From an uncultured delta proteobacterium (GTDB lineage: Bacteria > Desulfobacterota > BSN033 > UBA1163), in assembly GCA_963827685.1 (NCBI GenBank), contig CAWHBU010000006.1:384001-448000 (forward strand): a stretch of 64,000 nt of DNA. The letters are read 5' to 3'. Shown in pieces: positions 10,140 through 20,243 of this stretch. The translations under genes and the position numbers were made by a program. The notes beneath the pieces are model-generated. The model was not told the origin of the DNA. It worked only from the letters and a program-made list of their open reading frames with translations, and did no database searches. Each line of letters starts with the position of its first letter. The stretch's first letter is position 1.

Positions 10140-11849
10140 CTAAAATTTATTAACGCTATCTATCTCTTCCTCCGGAACATCAAAAACATTTCCACTCGGT
10201 GGCAGTTTCTCCTCCATAAAGAACCTTGGCAACCGATCATCCTTTGCTGTAAAACCGGCGGCATTATTGAACTTCTTCTCAGCTTTCAGCGCGGAAGTCC
10301 CCAAATTGAGCAGATAATTCTCATTGAGGGATTCACCGGTTATTGCTGAAACACACGATATGAGAGATGATTGTGGTACCGGCTCGAGAAGCGGCATGCC
10401 GGCCATCATGCAAAGGCCCAGACTATCTACTGCAGCCATGAAGGTCTGTATAAACTGCGATGGGGGCCCCTGCCCGGTAGGAGATACGGGACTATACGAA
10501 GGGTTTCCAGGATTGGGCAGGACAATGCCTGCAGTATGGTCCCCTCCCATCGGCGAGGTCGCATAGGTTACCCCAAGCCCTTTCAGTCCCCTCGGGTCAT
10601 AGGCCGATAGACATTGACCCTTTACCTGAGGGATCCTTTTCACCTTCAACTTCTCCCCTGTAAACTTGCAGCCGTTGCCAATCATTATCCCCCGATCCGT
10701 GGCCTTCCCTATCTCCTTGACAAGGCTGAGAGCGGCTTTTCCATCTCCCCATGCCAGCAGCCCTGCCTCCATCGCAACAGCGATCGCTCCGCCAATGTCC
10801 ATCGTATCGACTCCGACATCATTGCAAACCCGGTTCATATGCGCAATGCTGTCAAGATCATCGATCATACAGTTCGAGCCCATCAACCCAATCGTTTCAT
10901 ACTCAAGACCGGAAACAATGACCTCCCCCTTTTCATCTGTATAGACATTGGAACAACTGACAATACACCCATCCATGCAACGGTGGCTGGGTTGAGCATT
11001 TGGCCGCTTCTTCATCACCTCTGCCATGTACTCGCCGGAAATCTTCTCAGCTCCCTCGAATTGCCCAAGGGAGTAGTTTTTTGTTGGGAAACACGCAAAG
11101 GAATTGATCATCATCACCAAAACAGGGGTCCCTATATCTCTGAACCCCGGCCCCAAGGGATCCGCCAGGATGGCTTTCGAGAGTGCAGCCATGGCTTCTC
11201 GGAATTTTGCCTTATCCTTGGCTTCTACCGGATTACAACCGGTATCATCGATCATGACGGCTTTAAGATTTTTGGAACCCATCACGGCACCCAGCCCGCC
11301 TCTCGCAGCCACCCGGATGTGAAAATCGGGCGTCGTCACCATCACCGACGCAGCCTTCAATTTCATCTCACCGGCTGGCCCCATCGAGATGATCGAAATC
11401 TTATTCCCATGCTCCTTCTCCATTCTCTCAATAAGCTCATAATTACCAACCCCTTTCAGGGAGGAGGCAGGAGAAAAGGTCGCTCCGCTCTTGTCGATTT
11501 TCAGCAACGTGAGTTCTTTTGCACGGCCTTCAATCACCACAGCCTGAAACCCAAGTCTCGCTATCTTCTGGGCGGCTGATCCTCCTGCGTTGGCCTCCTT
11601 GATGCCGTTGGTCAACGGGCTCTTGGCTCCCACGGAGAGTCTGCCAGTATTAGGAACCGCAGTCCCTGCCAAAATTCCTGCAGAAAAAATCAATTTGTTC
11701 TCAGGACCAAGGGGGTCTGCCTTTGGAGGTACTTCTCTCCCAATGATATTGGAGGACAACCCTCTCCCCCCTAATCCCTGGTACTCCTTGGGCATCTCTT
11801 CTACCTTAACCTTCAACTCAGATAGATTGACCCGCATTATCTTTCCCAT
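10140..11849 (-). CDS. Aldehyde:ferredoxin oxidoreductase (W-AOR family)
   Basis: KSPLTNGIKEANAGG, ARGGLGAVMGSKNLKA, CxxxCxxxC, EYET, YDPR, DSLGLC, DRLP. Confidence 0.92.
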   Translation of the reverse strand: MGKIMRVNLSELKVKVEEMPKEYQGLGGRGLSSNIIGREVPPKADPLGPENKLIFSAGILAGTAVPNTGRLSVGAKSPLTNGIKEANAGGSAAQKIARLGFQAVVIEGRAKELTLLKIDKSGATFSPASSLKGVGNYELIERMEKEHGNKISIISMGPAGEMKLKAASVMVTTPDFHIRVAARGGLGAVMGSKNLKAVMIDDTGCNPVEAKDKAKFREAMAALSKAILADPLGPGFRDIGTPVLVMMINSFACFPTKNYSLGQFEGAEKISGEYMAEVMKKRPNAQPSHRCMDGCIVSCSNVYTDEKGEVIVSGLEYETIGLMGSNCMIDDLDSIAHMNRVCNDVGVDTMDIGGAIAVAMEAGLLAWGDGKAALSLVKEIGKATDRGIMIGNGCKFTGEKLKVKRIPQVKGQCLSAYDPRGLKGLGVTYATSPMGGDHTAGIVLPNPGNPSYSPVSPTGQGPPSQFIQTFMAAVDSLGLCMMAGMPLLEPVPQSSLISCVSAITGESLNENYLLNLGTSALKAEKKFNNAAGFTAKDDRLPRFFMEEKLPPSGNVFDVPEEEIDSVNKF

Positions 11850-11960
11850 GGTTTGTACCTCCTTTATTAAGAATGAATACTCATCTGAGATTCATCATCT
11901 TTTTTGAATTCAACAGATTACACACTTTATTAAATTCCCCTCGATAATCATATTAGACCA

Positions 11961-11972
11961 ATGGTATAACCC
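11961..11972. promoter_or_regulatory. Putative FadR/GntR-type operator (TGGT-N3-ACC) between divergent AOR and GntR genes
   Basis: atggtataaccc, with a half-site attagacca just upstream. Confidence 0.35.
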
Positions 11973-12051
11973 CTATCAGAGTAAGAATTTTTTGTCAATA
12001 AAAGATATTGCAAACATTCCAATTTTGCTATGCTCTTGCAAAAAGAAAATA

Positions 12052-12650
12052 ATGGCAAAAATCAGACCCATAGGGCAATTCCGAGTCTCAGAAGAGGTGT
12101 GTGCCCAGCTAAAGCAGTCTCTCCTGGTAGGTCATTTCCAACCGGGAGATAAACTTCTCCCTGAGCGAGACCCGGTTGAGGAGTTTCAAGTCAGCCGTGC
12201 GGCAATCCGGGAAGCGTTTAGGATTCTTAAGAACTCAGGTTTTATTGCAACACACCAGGTGTAAACGGTGGCATGTATGTGACTGAGCTTGCTTTTGGGC
12301 ATATCTGTAATGCTTTTCTTGACCTGTTCTTAGCTGATAAAATCTCTATCCCTGAACTCTATCACGTGAGACTTCTTATAGAGTCGGAGATTGCCAGATT
12401 AGCCACGTTAGCTATTACGCCAGAATACGCTCAACGTTTAGAAAAAGCTTTGCAGTGTGAAGAGCTCCCCACAAAAACTCTGTGGGAAGATATGGAAATG
12501 AAGACGGCGGTGCATCACATTCTGACTGAGATGTGCGGCAACCGCTTTCTTGAAGCCATCCTCAGGTCTTCAATGAAGCTCACGCACAAGGTTATAGAAA
12601 AGGAAATTACCATAGCCAATCTACACCGTTCATTTATGTTTTACAGATAG
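12052..12650 (+). pseudogene. GntR/FadR-family regulator, frameshifted near 12259 and C-terminally truncated
   Basis: wHTH ...ERDPVEEFQVSRAAIREA...; cac cag g(g)t gta aac ggt ggc atg restores HQGVNGGMYV; FCD domain stops after HKVIE. Confidence 0.8.
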
Positions 12651-12747
12651 CCCATTCGGGTCAACAGGAGTTTTTGGGGGATATGCTTGTCATGGTTGAA
12701 TCTATTTCTTCCGTGAGAAGGAAGTTGGTATTCCATTCTGAGCAATA

Positions 12748-13251
12748 CTATTCCCAAGGATATTTTGTTTTTAATCTTTTTCCCCCCATCTTAGCGAGCA
12801 GTTTTTCGATCGTACCAAAATAGATGCATCGGCCAATGCACTTATCTACACAGGCAGGTCTCTCTCCTCGATCAATTCGGTGATAGCAGAGATGACATTT
12901 CTCTGCAACCCCCTTCTCTGAATTGAACTGCATCACTCCAAAAGGGCAGGCTTCCATGCAAGCCTTGCATCCAATACAGGCTTCCGGATCAATGAGAACG
13001 ATGCCATCGGGTCTTTGGGAGATCGCATCGACTGAACAGGCCTCCTTACAAGGCGGTTTCGAACATTGTAAGCAGTAAGCAGGAGCATAAGTAAGTTTCA
13101 GTTTGCCATTTATTTTTTGAACTCCTTCCGTTCTCACATGTATCCATCGTGATCCTTCAGGAGGGTTATTCTCCTGTTTGCAGGCTAACTCACAGGTGTC
13201 ACAACCCCAACAAAGGTCTTCATCTACTATCATTGCAATTCGTTCGTTCAT
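12748..13251 (-). CDS. 4Fe-4S dicluster electron-transfer subunit (DmsB/NrfC-like)
   Basis: Four Cys-cluster motifs (CWGCDTC..AC, CLQCSKPPC..AC, CIGCKAC..ACP, KCHLC...PAC..KC). Confidence 0.9.
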   Translation of the reverse strand: MNERIAMIVDEDLCWGCDTCELACKQENNPPEGSRWIHVRTEGVQKINGKLKLTYAPAYCLQCSKPPCKEACSVDAISQRPDGIVLIDPEACIGCKACMEACPFGVMQFNSEKGVAEKCHLCYHRIDRGERPACVDKCIGRCIYFGTIEKLLAKMGGKRLKTKYPWE

Positions 13252-13290
13252 TGTCTCTTCCCATCCTTAATAAGGATATCCCACCGATGA

Positions 13291-13437
13291 TAAATTCCAA
13301 TCACCAAATCCCAAATTCCAAATAAGCTCCAATTACCCAATATCCAAATACCCAAAACGTTTCCTTGTTCCTTTCTTTAAGAATTTGGTCATTGGAATTT
13401 TGGTATTATTTGGCAATGGGTGCTTGGAATTTGGTTA
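13291..13437. repeat. Heptamer-repeat palindromic element (CCAAAT/ATTTGG type)
   Basis: Left arm ccaaatc/ccaaatt/ccaaata units, right arm tttggtcattgg..ggtgcttggaatttgg. Confidence 0.7.
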
Positions 13438-13449
13438 TGACCGCCTACT

Positions 13450-15572
13450 TCACCCTCCTCTTTTTGGGTATATCTTGCAAAGCAACACTCTCAGATTGGT
13501 TGCACCCATGGCCGGGTCACAAGTGGCTGGATCATTGTCTGTCAAGAGATTGATGTTTGAATCCCTCCATCCATGTTCAGGAAAATCCTTTTCAGGAAAC
13601 CACCAAGCATGCTGGGCCCCGATTACCCGTGGGTCAATTCCTATCGTTAATTTTGCCCGTTGAAAACACTTCCCTCGCAAGGATTCCATCGCCACCCAAT
13701 CCCCTTCTTTGATTCCTTCCCTTTCCGCTGTCTCAGGATGGATTTCTACAAAGGGTTCAGGCAGAATTTCCCTCAGCCATGGAATCTGCCGATGCTCAGA
13801 ATGGAAAAAAGCAGTGGGACGCATACCGGTAATGAGGATGTAAGGATAATCCTTCAGGAGATCTGGACGGCTCAAAGGAGATTCAGGAGGTTCTCGAAAC
13901 TGAGGAAGAGGATCGTATCCCCATTCTTTCATCCGTGTGGAATGGAGTCGACCTTTCCGGTGGGAGTAGAAAATCCCCTTTTTTCGTATTTCCGATACTC
14001 CATCTTTCCTCGAAGAAAACCTTTCTTTACAAATTCCTCAAATTTCAAGCCGGACGGGGCAAGGATAGCATTTAAGGCATCGTGAATGGTCGGCCACCAG
14101 TGTTCTTTCTGCCCCATCCGATTTCCGATGTCATTCAGCATCTCATGATCTGACTTGCATTCTCCCACCTGGATCACCTTCTGACGAGCCAACACATATC
14201 CATGCCTTTTCCAGAATTCTGCCACATAATCCATTTCAAGCCAGGTGGCTGCCGGGAGCACGAGATCCGCCAATTCAGCCGTGGGGGTTAAGAAAAAGTC
14301 TGAGACAGCGAGGAAATCCACTTTTTCCAAAGCCTCATAAACATTGGAGGCATTGGCTCGTGTGATGACGGGATTCGAAGAAATCAGAAAGGCCATCTTG
14401 ACGGAATAGGGCTTCTCGTAAAGGATGGCATCCCAGACAAACTTCGGATTGATGATGGCAAAGGCGTCTGCTAATTTGAAAACATCTCCGCCTAATCGTT
14501 TTTTTCTCTGTTCAGGGGCAAGCAGTCGGTGTGCCCCAAATTGACCGGCATTCATCGTCGGAGGAGGCACATAAAAGACCATTCCACCCGGGACATCGAG
14601 ATTCCCTGTGACAGCGGCTAAGGCGATGAGAATCCGGTTATTATCGACACAATTGATAGACTGCTCTATGGCCACGCCCCATTGGATGCACGCAGGTTTA
14701 GTCTTGGCAAAGAGTCGAGCAGCTTCCTCAATTTTTTCTTCAGGGATTCAGGTAATCTCAGAGACCCGCTTAAGCGGATACTCCTTAACACGAACCAGAA
14801 ACTCTTCCCATCCGTAAACCCATTTTTCAACAAACTCCTTATCGTGAAGCCCCTCCTCAATAATGACATGGAGCATCCCCAGGGCCAGAGCTACATCCGT
14901 CCCTGGCCGAAGCTGAAGCCAAAGATCTGATCGATCAGCCAACTTGGTGAATCGAGGATCAACGACAATCAACTTTGCGCCTCCCGATAGAGCATCGGAG
15001 AGATGAACCCCCTTATATTCATCTGGGTTGGAGATGATGGCATTATTTCCCCAGACCATAATACATTTTGGATTTCCCTCGTAATCGCAGACCGGTAGAT
15101 TCCCGCAAGTGATGACAGAGGTAGAAACCCTTGGTCCATAACACATATGGCCGGCTGTAAGGACATTGGGAGTTCCAAGGAGATTAGCAAACCTGTAAAT
15201 GAAAGCCTCATTGTCTCGGCCTGTCCCATAGCCAAGGACGATGGACTCAGCTCCATATTTCTCTTTATATGCTTTCATTTTTGTTGTCAGAATATCATAG
15301 GCTTCATCCCAGGAGATTCGCTCCCACTTCCCTTCTCCTCTGGCCCCCTTTCTTTTTAATGGATAGACCAGTCGATCCGGATGATAAGCTAATTGAATCG
15401 AAGCAATTCCCTTAGGGCAAAGAGTTCCCCGGCTGATGGGCGATTCAGGATCCCCTTCAATCCGTATGACCCTGCCGTCCTTGACATGAACCAGAACCCC
15501 GCAACCCCCGTGACAGATACGACAGTGGCTTCGAACGATCCTTTCGTCCGATAGCTGAATAGGATCCATCAT
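13450..15572 (-). pseudogene. DMSO-reductase-family Mo/W-bisPGD enzyme, acetylene-hydratase-like clade; in-frame TGA at 14748-14750 and 1-bp deletion near 13948
   Basis: SHCRICHGGC...LCPKG 4Fe-4S motif, AGHMCYG; EIT*IPEEKIEEAARL continuous in frame; GKVE-LHSTRMKEW restored by +1 base. Confidence 0.82.
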
Positions 15573-15676
15573 TGTCTCCTTCCGTTTTTGTACCACCTAT
15601 TCCTTTCATGGTATCGGTCGTGCAGACCTCTGAACAAGGGGAAATGAGAAGCAACGGCAATCCTAATGATATTCCC

Positions 15677-16051
15677 CTACCCTCGAACGCAACGGACATA
15701 GTACAGGTTACTCTTATAGTAGCTAAGCACATAGGCGCCGTCGAACATCACGATCCAGGCATTTTTTGTGTCACGCTCGAAGGTTGTGGATGACCAATAG
15801 GATAATTCATCTCGAAAGGGAACCTCTTCGCGCATAGGAGGTCTCCCTTCCGGACGTGCTTTGGTCTTGTCCAGTAAAGATTCCAGTTCCGGTAAAGTTG
15901 GTAAACGCCAATCTTTCTTCCGGTCCAGGAAGAGTGATTTAGCATATTCCTGGGCTTTGTGCCAGGTCATCTCGCCAGGAGATTCGCGCTGCCATTCCAG
16001 ACCGGTTTTGGGATTTTTCCACGTGAGGGGCCCGTGTCTCTCAGAGGGCAT
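15677..16051 (-). CDS. DUF1566 (Lcl C-terminal/CLec-like) protein
   Basis: TGLEWQ, W..A..Y, DWRLPT..EL.SL, YWSST, AW.V.F, YVRCVR. Confidence 0.85.
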   Translation of the reverse strand: MPSERHGPLTWKNPKTGLEWQRESPGEMTWHKAQEYAKSLFLDRKKDWRLPTLPELESLLDKTKARPEGRPPMREEVPFRDELSYWSSTTFERDTKNAWIVMFDGAYVLSYYKSNLYYVRCVRG

Positions 16052-16205
16052 ATTAGAAATGGAAAAGGGTTCTAGGAGTTAGGGAGCAGAGAGTGGAAAG
16101 TAGTCAATCCACCTTCGACCTTCCACCTTCCATCATCGATTTCATTTGAACTTTGTAATTTGAACTTTGATATTGCTATGCTGTCAATGTTTCGAACCTC
16201 TTCCA

Positions 16206-16373
16206 TCAGTTCTCCTCCTTACCTGTGATAGGGGTGATAAACTTAAGAATGTAGACAAAGGTCAATATAATCTCTGCATTCTTAAGGATGGCAGGATTTT
16301 CCTGTCCGAGTGTCCGTAGCCTGATAGCGCTTTTCTCAAGCCTCTCGATCTCTTTTCTTATCTGTTCATTCAT
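16206..16373 (-). CDS. Small 55-aa protein not in ORF track (MNEQIRKEIERLEKSAIRLRTLGQENPAILKNAEIILTFVYILKFITPITGKEEN)
   Basis: ATG overlaps the end of the CoA ligase gene; ends with aaggagga RBS and TGA overlapping the next ATG. Confidence 0.6.
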   Translation of the reverse strand: MNEQIRKEIERLEKSAIRLRTLGQENPAILKNAEIILTFVYILKFITPITGKEEN

Positions 16374-17679
16374 TTCTCTCACCTTCTCTCATATCTCTAA
16401 AGCGTTTTGCCTTGAGCATATATCGCGGAAGCGAACCCGGAGGCTCCATGATGACGTTAAAGGACAGGTTCGTTGCAATCTTAAGACTCTCCTGCAGTCG
16501 GCCCTTTGTTTGCTCAATCGATCCTATCGGAAGTTGAGGATTGACCTCCGCCCTGAGCGAGATCACGTCCATCAGACCTCTTCTCTCGACAATGATCTCG
16601 AACTCCTCGACCTCTTGAAATTCCTTCCGGATCACCTCTTCCACAGTCTTCGGAGAGAAGAGCACTCCTCGGACCTTTCGAAGATCATCAGTCCTCCCCA
16701 GCACCTCTTTGATCTTTCTTGAGGTCCTCCCGCATGGGCAGGAACCCTCCCCTTTGATCACCAGGTCTTTTGTATTGAAACGGATCAGGGGAAAGGATCG
16801 GCGTCCAAGAGGGGTTACTACCGCAACACCTATTTCCCCTTCCCCCACCTCTCTTTGAAGTGTTTCTCGATCGAGGATCTCGACCAAAAAGAAAGGCTCA
16901 ATGATGTGCATCCCATCCTTTGCTTCACACATTCCTGCCCACGCGCAGGGCTCTGTTCCGCCGATATGGTCATAGACGTCGCATCGATAGATTTCTTCCA
17001 ATTTCAATCTGGTAGCAGAAGGCATGGGCTCTCCGGCGCAGAGCATCCTTTCTATTCCGAGAGAAGCAGGTTCAATGCCCATCTTTTTTGCCTCTTCGGC
17101 AATGTGAAGCCCGTAGGTGGGTGTATTCATCATTCCGTTGGCCCGCGTTTCGATGACCTTATGGATTCTTCCTTTTGTGTCGAGGGCTCCCCCAGGGATG
17201 AGTTCGCATCCGAGTTTCTCAGAGGCGTAATGGGCCTCCCAGAAGGCAACATAGACATTATAGCCGAAGGGAAGAAAGATCCTATGATGGGGCCTGAACC
17301 CCGCCATATAGAGGATATGGCACCACGCTTCAATCCTCCATTGCCAGCTTTCATAGGTCTCTGGAACATAGACGGGCTTTCCGGTCGTTCCACTCGTCTG
17401 CCGGAACGTTGTCACGTCTTCAATCTTCCCGCCTAAAACCCCTCCGTAGGGGTAAGGGGCCATCTCTTGATATTTTCTCAATTCCTCCTTATCGGTGAAG
17501 GGAAGGTTCTTAACATCATCCAACGTCTTGATGTCCTTGGAATCGATACCTTTCAGCTTGTCCCGGTAAAGGATGGTATTGTTCTTTGCGAAGGAAAAGA
17601 TATTTCTGAAGTAAGAAAGTTCGATTTTATTTAGATCTTCCCTGCTTAGAGTCTCTAAATATGGATTCCAGTATTTCAT
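16366..17679 (-). CDS. Phenylacetate-CoA ligase family (PaaK-like) aryl-CoA ligase
   Basis: LPFTDKEELR, TSGTTGKP, AGEP, GRTDD; RBS aaggag before ATG 17679. Confidence 0.88.
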   Translation of the reverse strand: MKYWNPYLETLSREDLNKIELSYFRNIFSFAKNNTILYRDKLKGIDSKDIKTLDDVKNLPFTDKEELRKYQEMAPYPYGGVLGGKIEDVTTFRQTSGTTGKPVYVPETYESWQWRIEAWCHILYMAGFRPHHRIFLPFGYNVYVAFWEAHYASEKLGCELIPGGALDTKGRIHKVIETRANGMMNTPTYGLHIAEEAKKMGIEPASLGIERMLCAGEPMPSATRLKLEEIYRCDVYDHIGGTEPCAWAGMCEAKDGMHIIEPFFLVEILDRETLQREVGEGEIGVAVVTPLGRRSFPLIRFNTKDLVIKGEGSCPCGRTSRKIKEVLGRTDDLRKVRGVLFSPKTVEEVIRKEFQEVEEFEIIVERRGLMDVISLRAEVNPQLPIGSIEQTKGRLQESLKIATNLSFNVIMEPPGSLPRYMLKAKRFRDMREGERNE

Positions 17680-17709
17680 GAATAACACTCCTTTAAAAAT
17701 GTTTTCCCC

Positions 17710-18537
17710 TTACCTTTTGTAAAGGGTCTTCACATCAGCCCCGAGCTTATAAGAAACTTGCCTTGCAACGTCAGCCGTTGTAGGACCGTATTTTTCAATC
17801 AGTTTCTCCGGGAACGCTCCTATGAGAATGATACATCCAATGATTTTTTCTTGCACACCAAATACCGGTGCGCTTACGAAATTGACCCCGGCAGTGATCT
17901 CACCAACATCCTGGGCGTAGCCCCGTTGTCTACACTTAGTAAGTTCATCTCTCAGCCGCTTCATGTTCAGTCGCGAAATATCCAGGCCATGGAAGTAAAC
18001 TCTTTTTTTAGTCAAAATTTTTTCTCTATCCGCTTCAGGCATAAACGCCACAATGGCTTTTCCGTGTGCACCTAAGGTGATATGGAACCTGTGCCCCAGA
18101 CGAATGCTAAACCCAATGTTTTGATTTCCTTCACGTTTCCCGACGACCAAGAGATGCTCGCCATAAATTAAACCAAAGAGGGCGGTTCCGCTCGTTTCCT
18201 TAGCAAGGTCATCGAGAAAGGGGGCTACGATGTCCGGATAATATAGGTTATCCAAAACATGTCTTGACAAGACAATCAAAGCGGGTCCCAACGAGTAGGT
18301 TTTCGCCTGAGGATCTTTTTCCACAAATCCAAACTGTTTTAGCGTATTTAGAATGGAATGGCCTTTGCTTTTATGAATTCCAACATGGCTACATATTTCT
18401 GTCAGCCTCATCTTGAAATAGGGACTTTCTCCTAAGCAGAGGAGGACCCGAGCCGCCTGTTCCACCGCTGGAGCCGAAGGTTTATAAACCGACTTCCCTT
18501 TTAGGCTACCCTTCGATGGTTTTTTTTTAGCATCCAC
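17710..18537 (-). CDS. IclR-family transcriptional regulator
   Basis: N-terminal HTH (APAVEQA..VL...LTEI..HKS..IL.TL), GAHGKA, RGYA.D.GE, SAPVF. Confidence 0.9.
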   Translation of the reverse strand: MDAKKKPSKGSLKGKSVYKPSAPAVEQAARVLLCLGESPYFKMRLTEICSHVGIHKSKGHSILNTLKQFGFVEKDPQAKTYSLGPALIVLSRHVLDNLYYPDIVAPFLDDLAKETSGTALFGLIYGEHLLVVGKREGNQNIGFSIRLGHRFHITLGAHGKAIVAFMPEADREKILTKKRVYFHGLDISRLNMKRLRDELTKCRQRGYAQDVGEITAGVNFVSAPVFGVQEKIIGCIILIGAFPEKLIEKYGPTTADVARQVSYKLGADVKTLYKR

Positions 18538-18585
18538 CTGACAAAATCCTCGCCGTCACATGTCGATCATTGGCCTTGTATCAAA

Positions 18586-18603
18586 TGTTCTGTATATAGA
18601 ACA
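18586..18603. promoter_or_regulatory. Palindromic operator, probable IclR autoregulatory site
   Basis: tgttctgtatatagaaca, near-perfect palindrome ~50 bp upstream of the iclR start. Confidence 0.55.
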
Positions 18604-18797
18604 AAGTTCTAATAACTTTTAAAATGTTATAGGAACGCTTTCACTTTGTCAACCGTTCTTCACATAATGTGTCAAGCCGGTCTTGACGAAACATTCCTTA
18701 AAGGTTATCAAATCTGTGAGAAAGAAAGTCCTTCTAAAAAGGACCCCAGAAATTTCCCTTGACAAGTTTGAAGGGATTTGATCTATGAAAGAGAGGG

Positions 18798-19538
18798 GTG
18801 GAGATAGGGCTAAAGGAGAAAAAGTGGATGGAGCATAAGGATTGTTTTGGTTCATTAAAGGAGGTCAGCCTTAGTGATGGCCGAACCATGACCCAATCAA
18901 GACCCGAGTGTCGAAGTTGCGACGAGATTCGCGACTGTTTGCGTTATACCAAACAGCTCGCTGACGAGAAGAAAGAAAAAGAGGAACTGAGAAAACAGAA
19001 CCTGATTACTCAAATCATTGACCACTCAAATGTCTTCTCGAATGACCTGGGTTCCTGCTTATTAAAGTTTCTGAGTAGAATTTACAGTTCATCACTCGGG
19101 ATTGTCCTTTTCAAAAATCTTTTTTTATTTTTTGAAATCCCTCAAAATGCCCTGTCCTCAAACCTGTCCATTCCGATCTCCCGGATGATGATGGATTTGC
19201 TTCGGGGAGAAAAAGACCAAGCGGTACCTCCTCCTAATCCCCAAGTCCCCCATCAACGAAGGGAGCTCGAAGAAGGATTCACACTCCGGATCATTCTGTT
19301 TGAACAATCTTTTCCCAATCATCCGGAGGCGAATGTGGGAATGATCGCCCACGAAGTGGCTCGCGCGTTTGCCTCCGATAATCTTGGAATAAAACAAATT
19401 CTTCAGGTTCTTTCCGATTCCGAGGCCAACCAATTAGGAAAATTGGATGTCGAGGCTCGAACAAGATGGTTGATTGAGAAATGGGGTTTTCTGGATGAAT
19501 TCAAGGCTTTAAAAAAAGAATTGACCATCCCGAAATAA
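18798..19538 (+). CDS. Hypothetical protein with N-terminal Cys-rich motif
   Basis: 246-aa ORF; DCFG...CRSC.....C; IAHEVA in C-terminal part. Confidence 0.65.
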   Translation: MEIGLKEKKWMEHKDCFGSLKEVSLSDGRTMTQSRPECRSCDEIRDCLRYTKQLADEKKEKEELRKQNLITQIIDHSNVFSNDLGSCLLKFLSRIYSSSLGIVLFKNLFLFFEIPQNALSSNLSIPISRMMMDLLRGEKDQAVPPPNPQVPHQRRELEEGFTLRIILFEQSFPNHPEANVGMIAHEVARAFASDNLGIKQILQVLSDSEANQLGKLDVEARTRWLIEKWGFLDEFKALKKELTIPK

Positions 19539-19559
19539 ATGAAGAACGAAAGAGACTCC

Positions 19560-20225
19560 TTATCTTTTAGATTGCTTCCTTCCTTTTGCTTTTTCTTTGC
19601 TCGAAGAGGATCCTCTTCCAGATAACCGTGAATCAGGTTGCTTCAGGGAGATGCGGGTCTGCCCATCTGAAGCAGGTGTGCATACCAGCACATTTCTCTC
19701 GTCTCTCTCGAAAGCACACTTCTCTTCGAGAATCGTCCTCAGCTTTTTCCGACCCCTGTGAAGCCTTACTTTCACATTCTCAATGGTTACTCCTAACGTA
19801 TCAGCAATTTCCTGTTGGCTAAAATCCATGGTGTCAAAAAGGATCAAAACCACCCGGAGAGGTTCAGGAAGCAGGTGAATATAGTTTTGAACACATTGCC
19901 CCATCTGCCGTTGTTCCAATTCTTTTTGAATATCCGGTCCTCTCTGGATTAAAGCCTCTTTAAAATCTTCCGTTTCTTCCTGATCTATTCTTTCTTCTTT
20001 AGGTGATATCTTCAACTGACGGAAATGGTCTTGGCAGAGATTGTATGCAATACGAAATATCCAGGAAGACAATTTGGAGGGATCTTTTAGGCTTTTTAAA
20101 TTTGTTTGAATTTTTAGAAACGTTTCCTGGATTAAGTCATCCGCCACCCATTCATCTTTAACAAGGGCAAGGATAAACCTTCTTACCTTTGCATAAAACT
20201 GATCGTAGATATCCCAAAATTCCAT
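19560..20225 (-). CDS. ECF RNA polymerase sigma factor (SigZ-like) with Cys-containing C-terminal extension
   Basis: ADDLIQETFLK, SSWIFRIAYN..QD, EIADTLG.T..NVKVRLHRGR, CAFERDERNVLVC. Confidence 0.9.
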   Translation of the reverse strand: MEFWDIYDQFYAKVRRFILALVKDEWVADDLIQETFLKIQTNLKSLKDPSKLSSWIFRIAYNLCQDHFRQLKISPKEERIDQEETEDFKEALIQRGPDIQKELEQRQMGQCVQNYIHLLPEPLRVVLILFDTMDFSQQEIADTLGVTIENVKVRLHRGRKKLRTILEEKCAFERDERNVLVCTPASDGQTRISLKQPDSRLSGRGSSSSKEKAKGRKQSKR

Positions 20226-20243
20226 TTTTGAGTCCCGCTCAAC

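Noticed and set aside
10614-11579. Long antisense ORFs (also 2828-3526, 16855-17436, 48885-49487, 51370-51996)
   Set aside because: Shadows of well-supported genes on the opposite strand; no recognisable motifs
14748-14750. In-frame TGA as selenocysteine or genetic-code reassignment
   Set aside because: The position corresponds to a non-catalytic EITW-type site, the gene has a second lesion, and many genes here use TGA as a normal stop
15677-16051. DUF1566 gene as target of a diversity-generating retroelement
   Set aside because: No reverse transcriptase and no adenine-variant template repeat of its 3' end seen in this window; a remote DGR cannot be excluded
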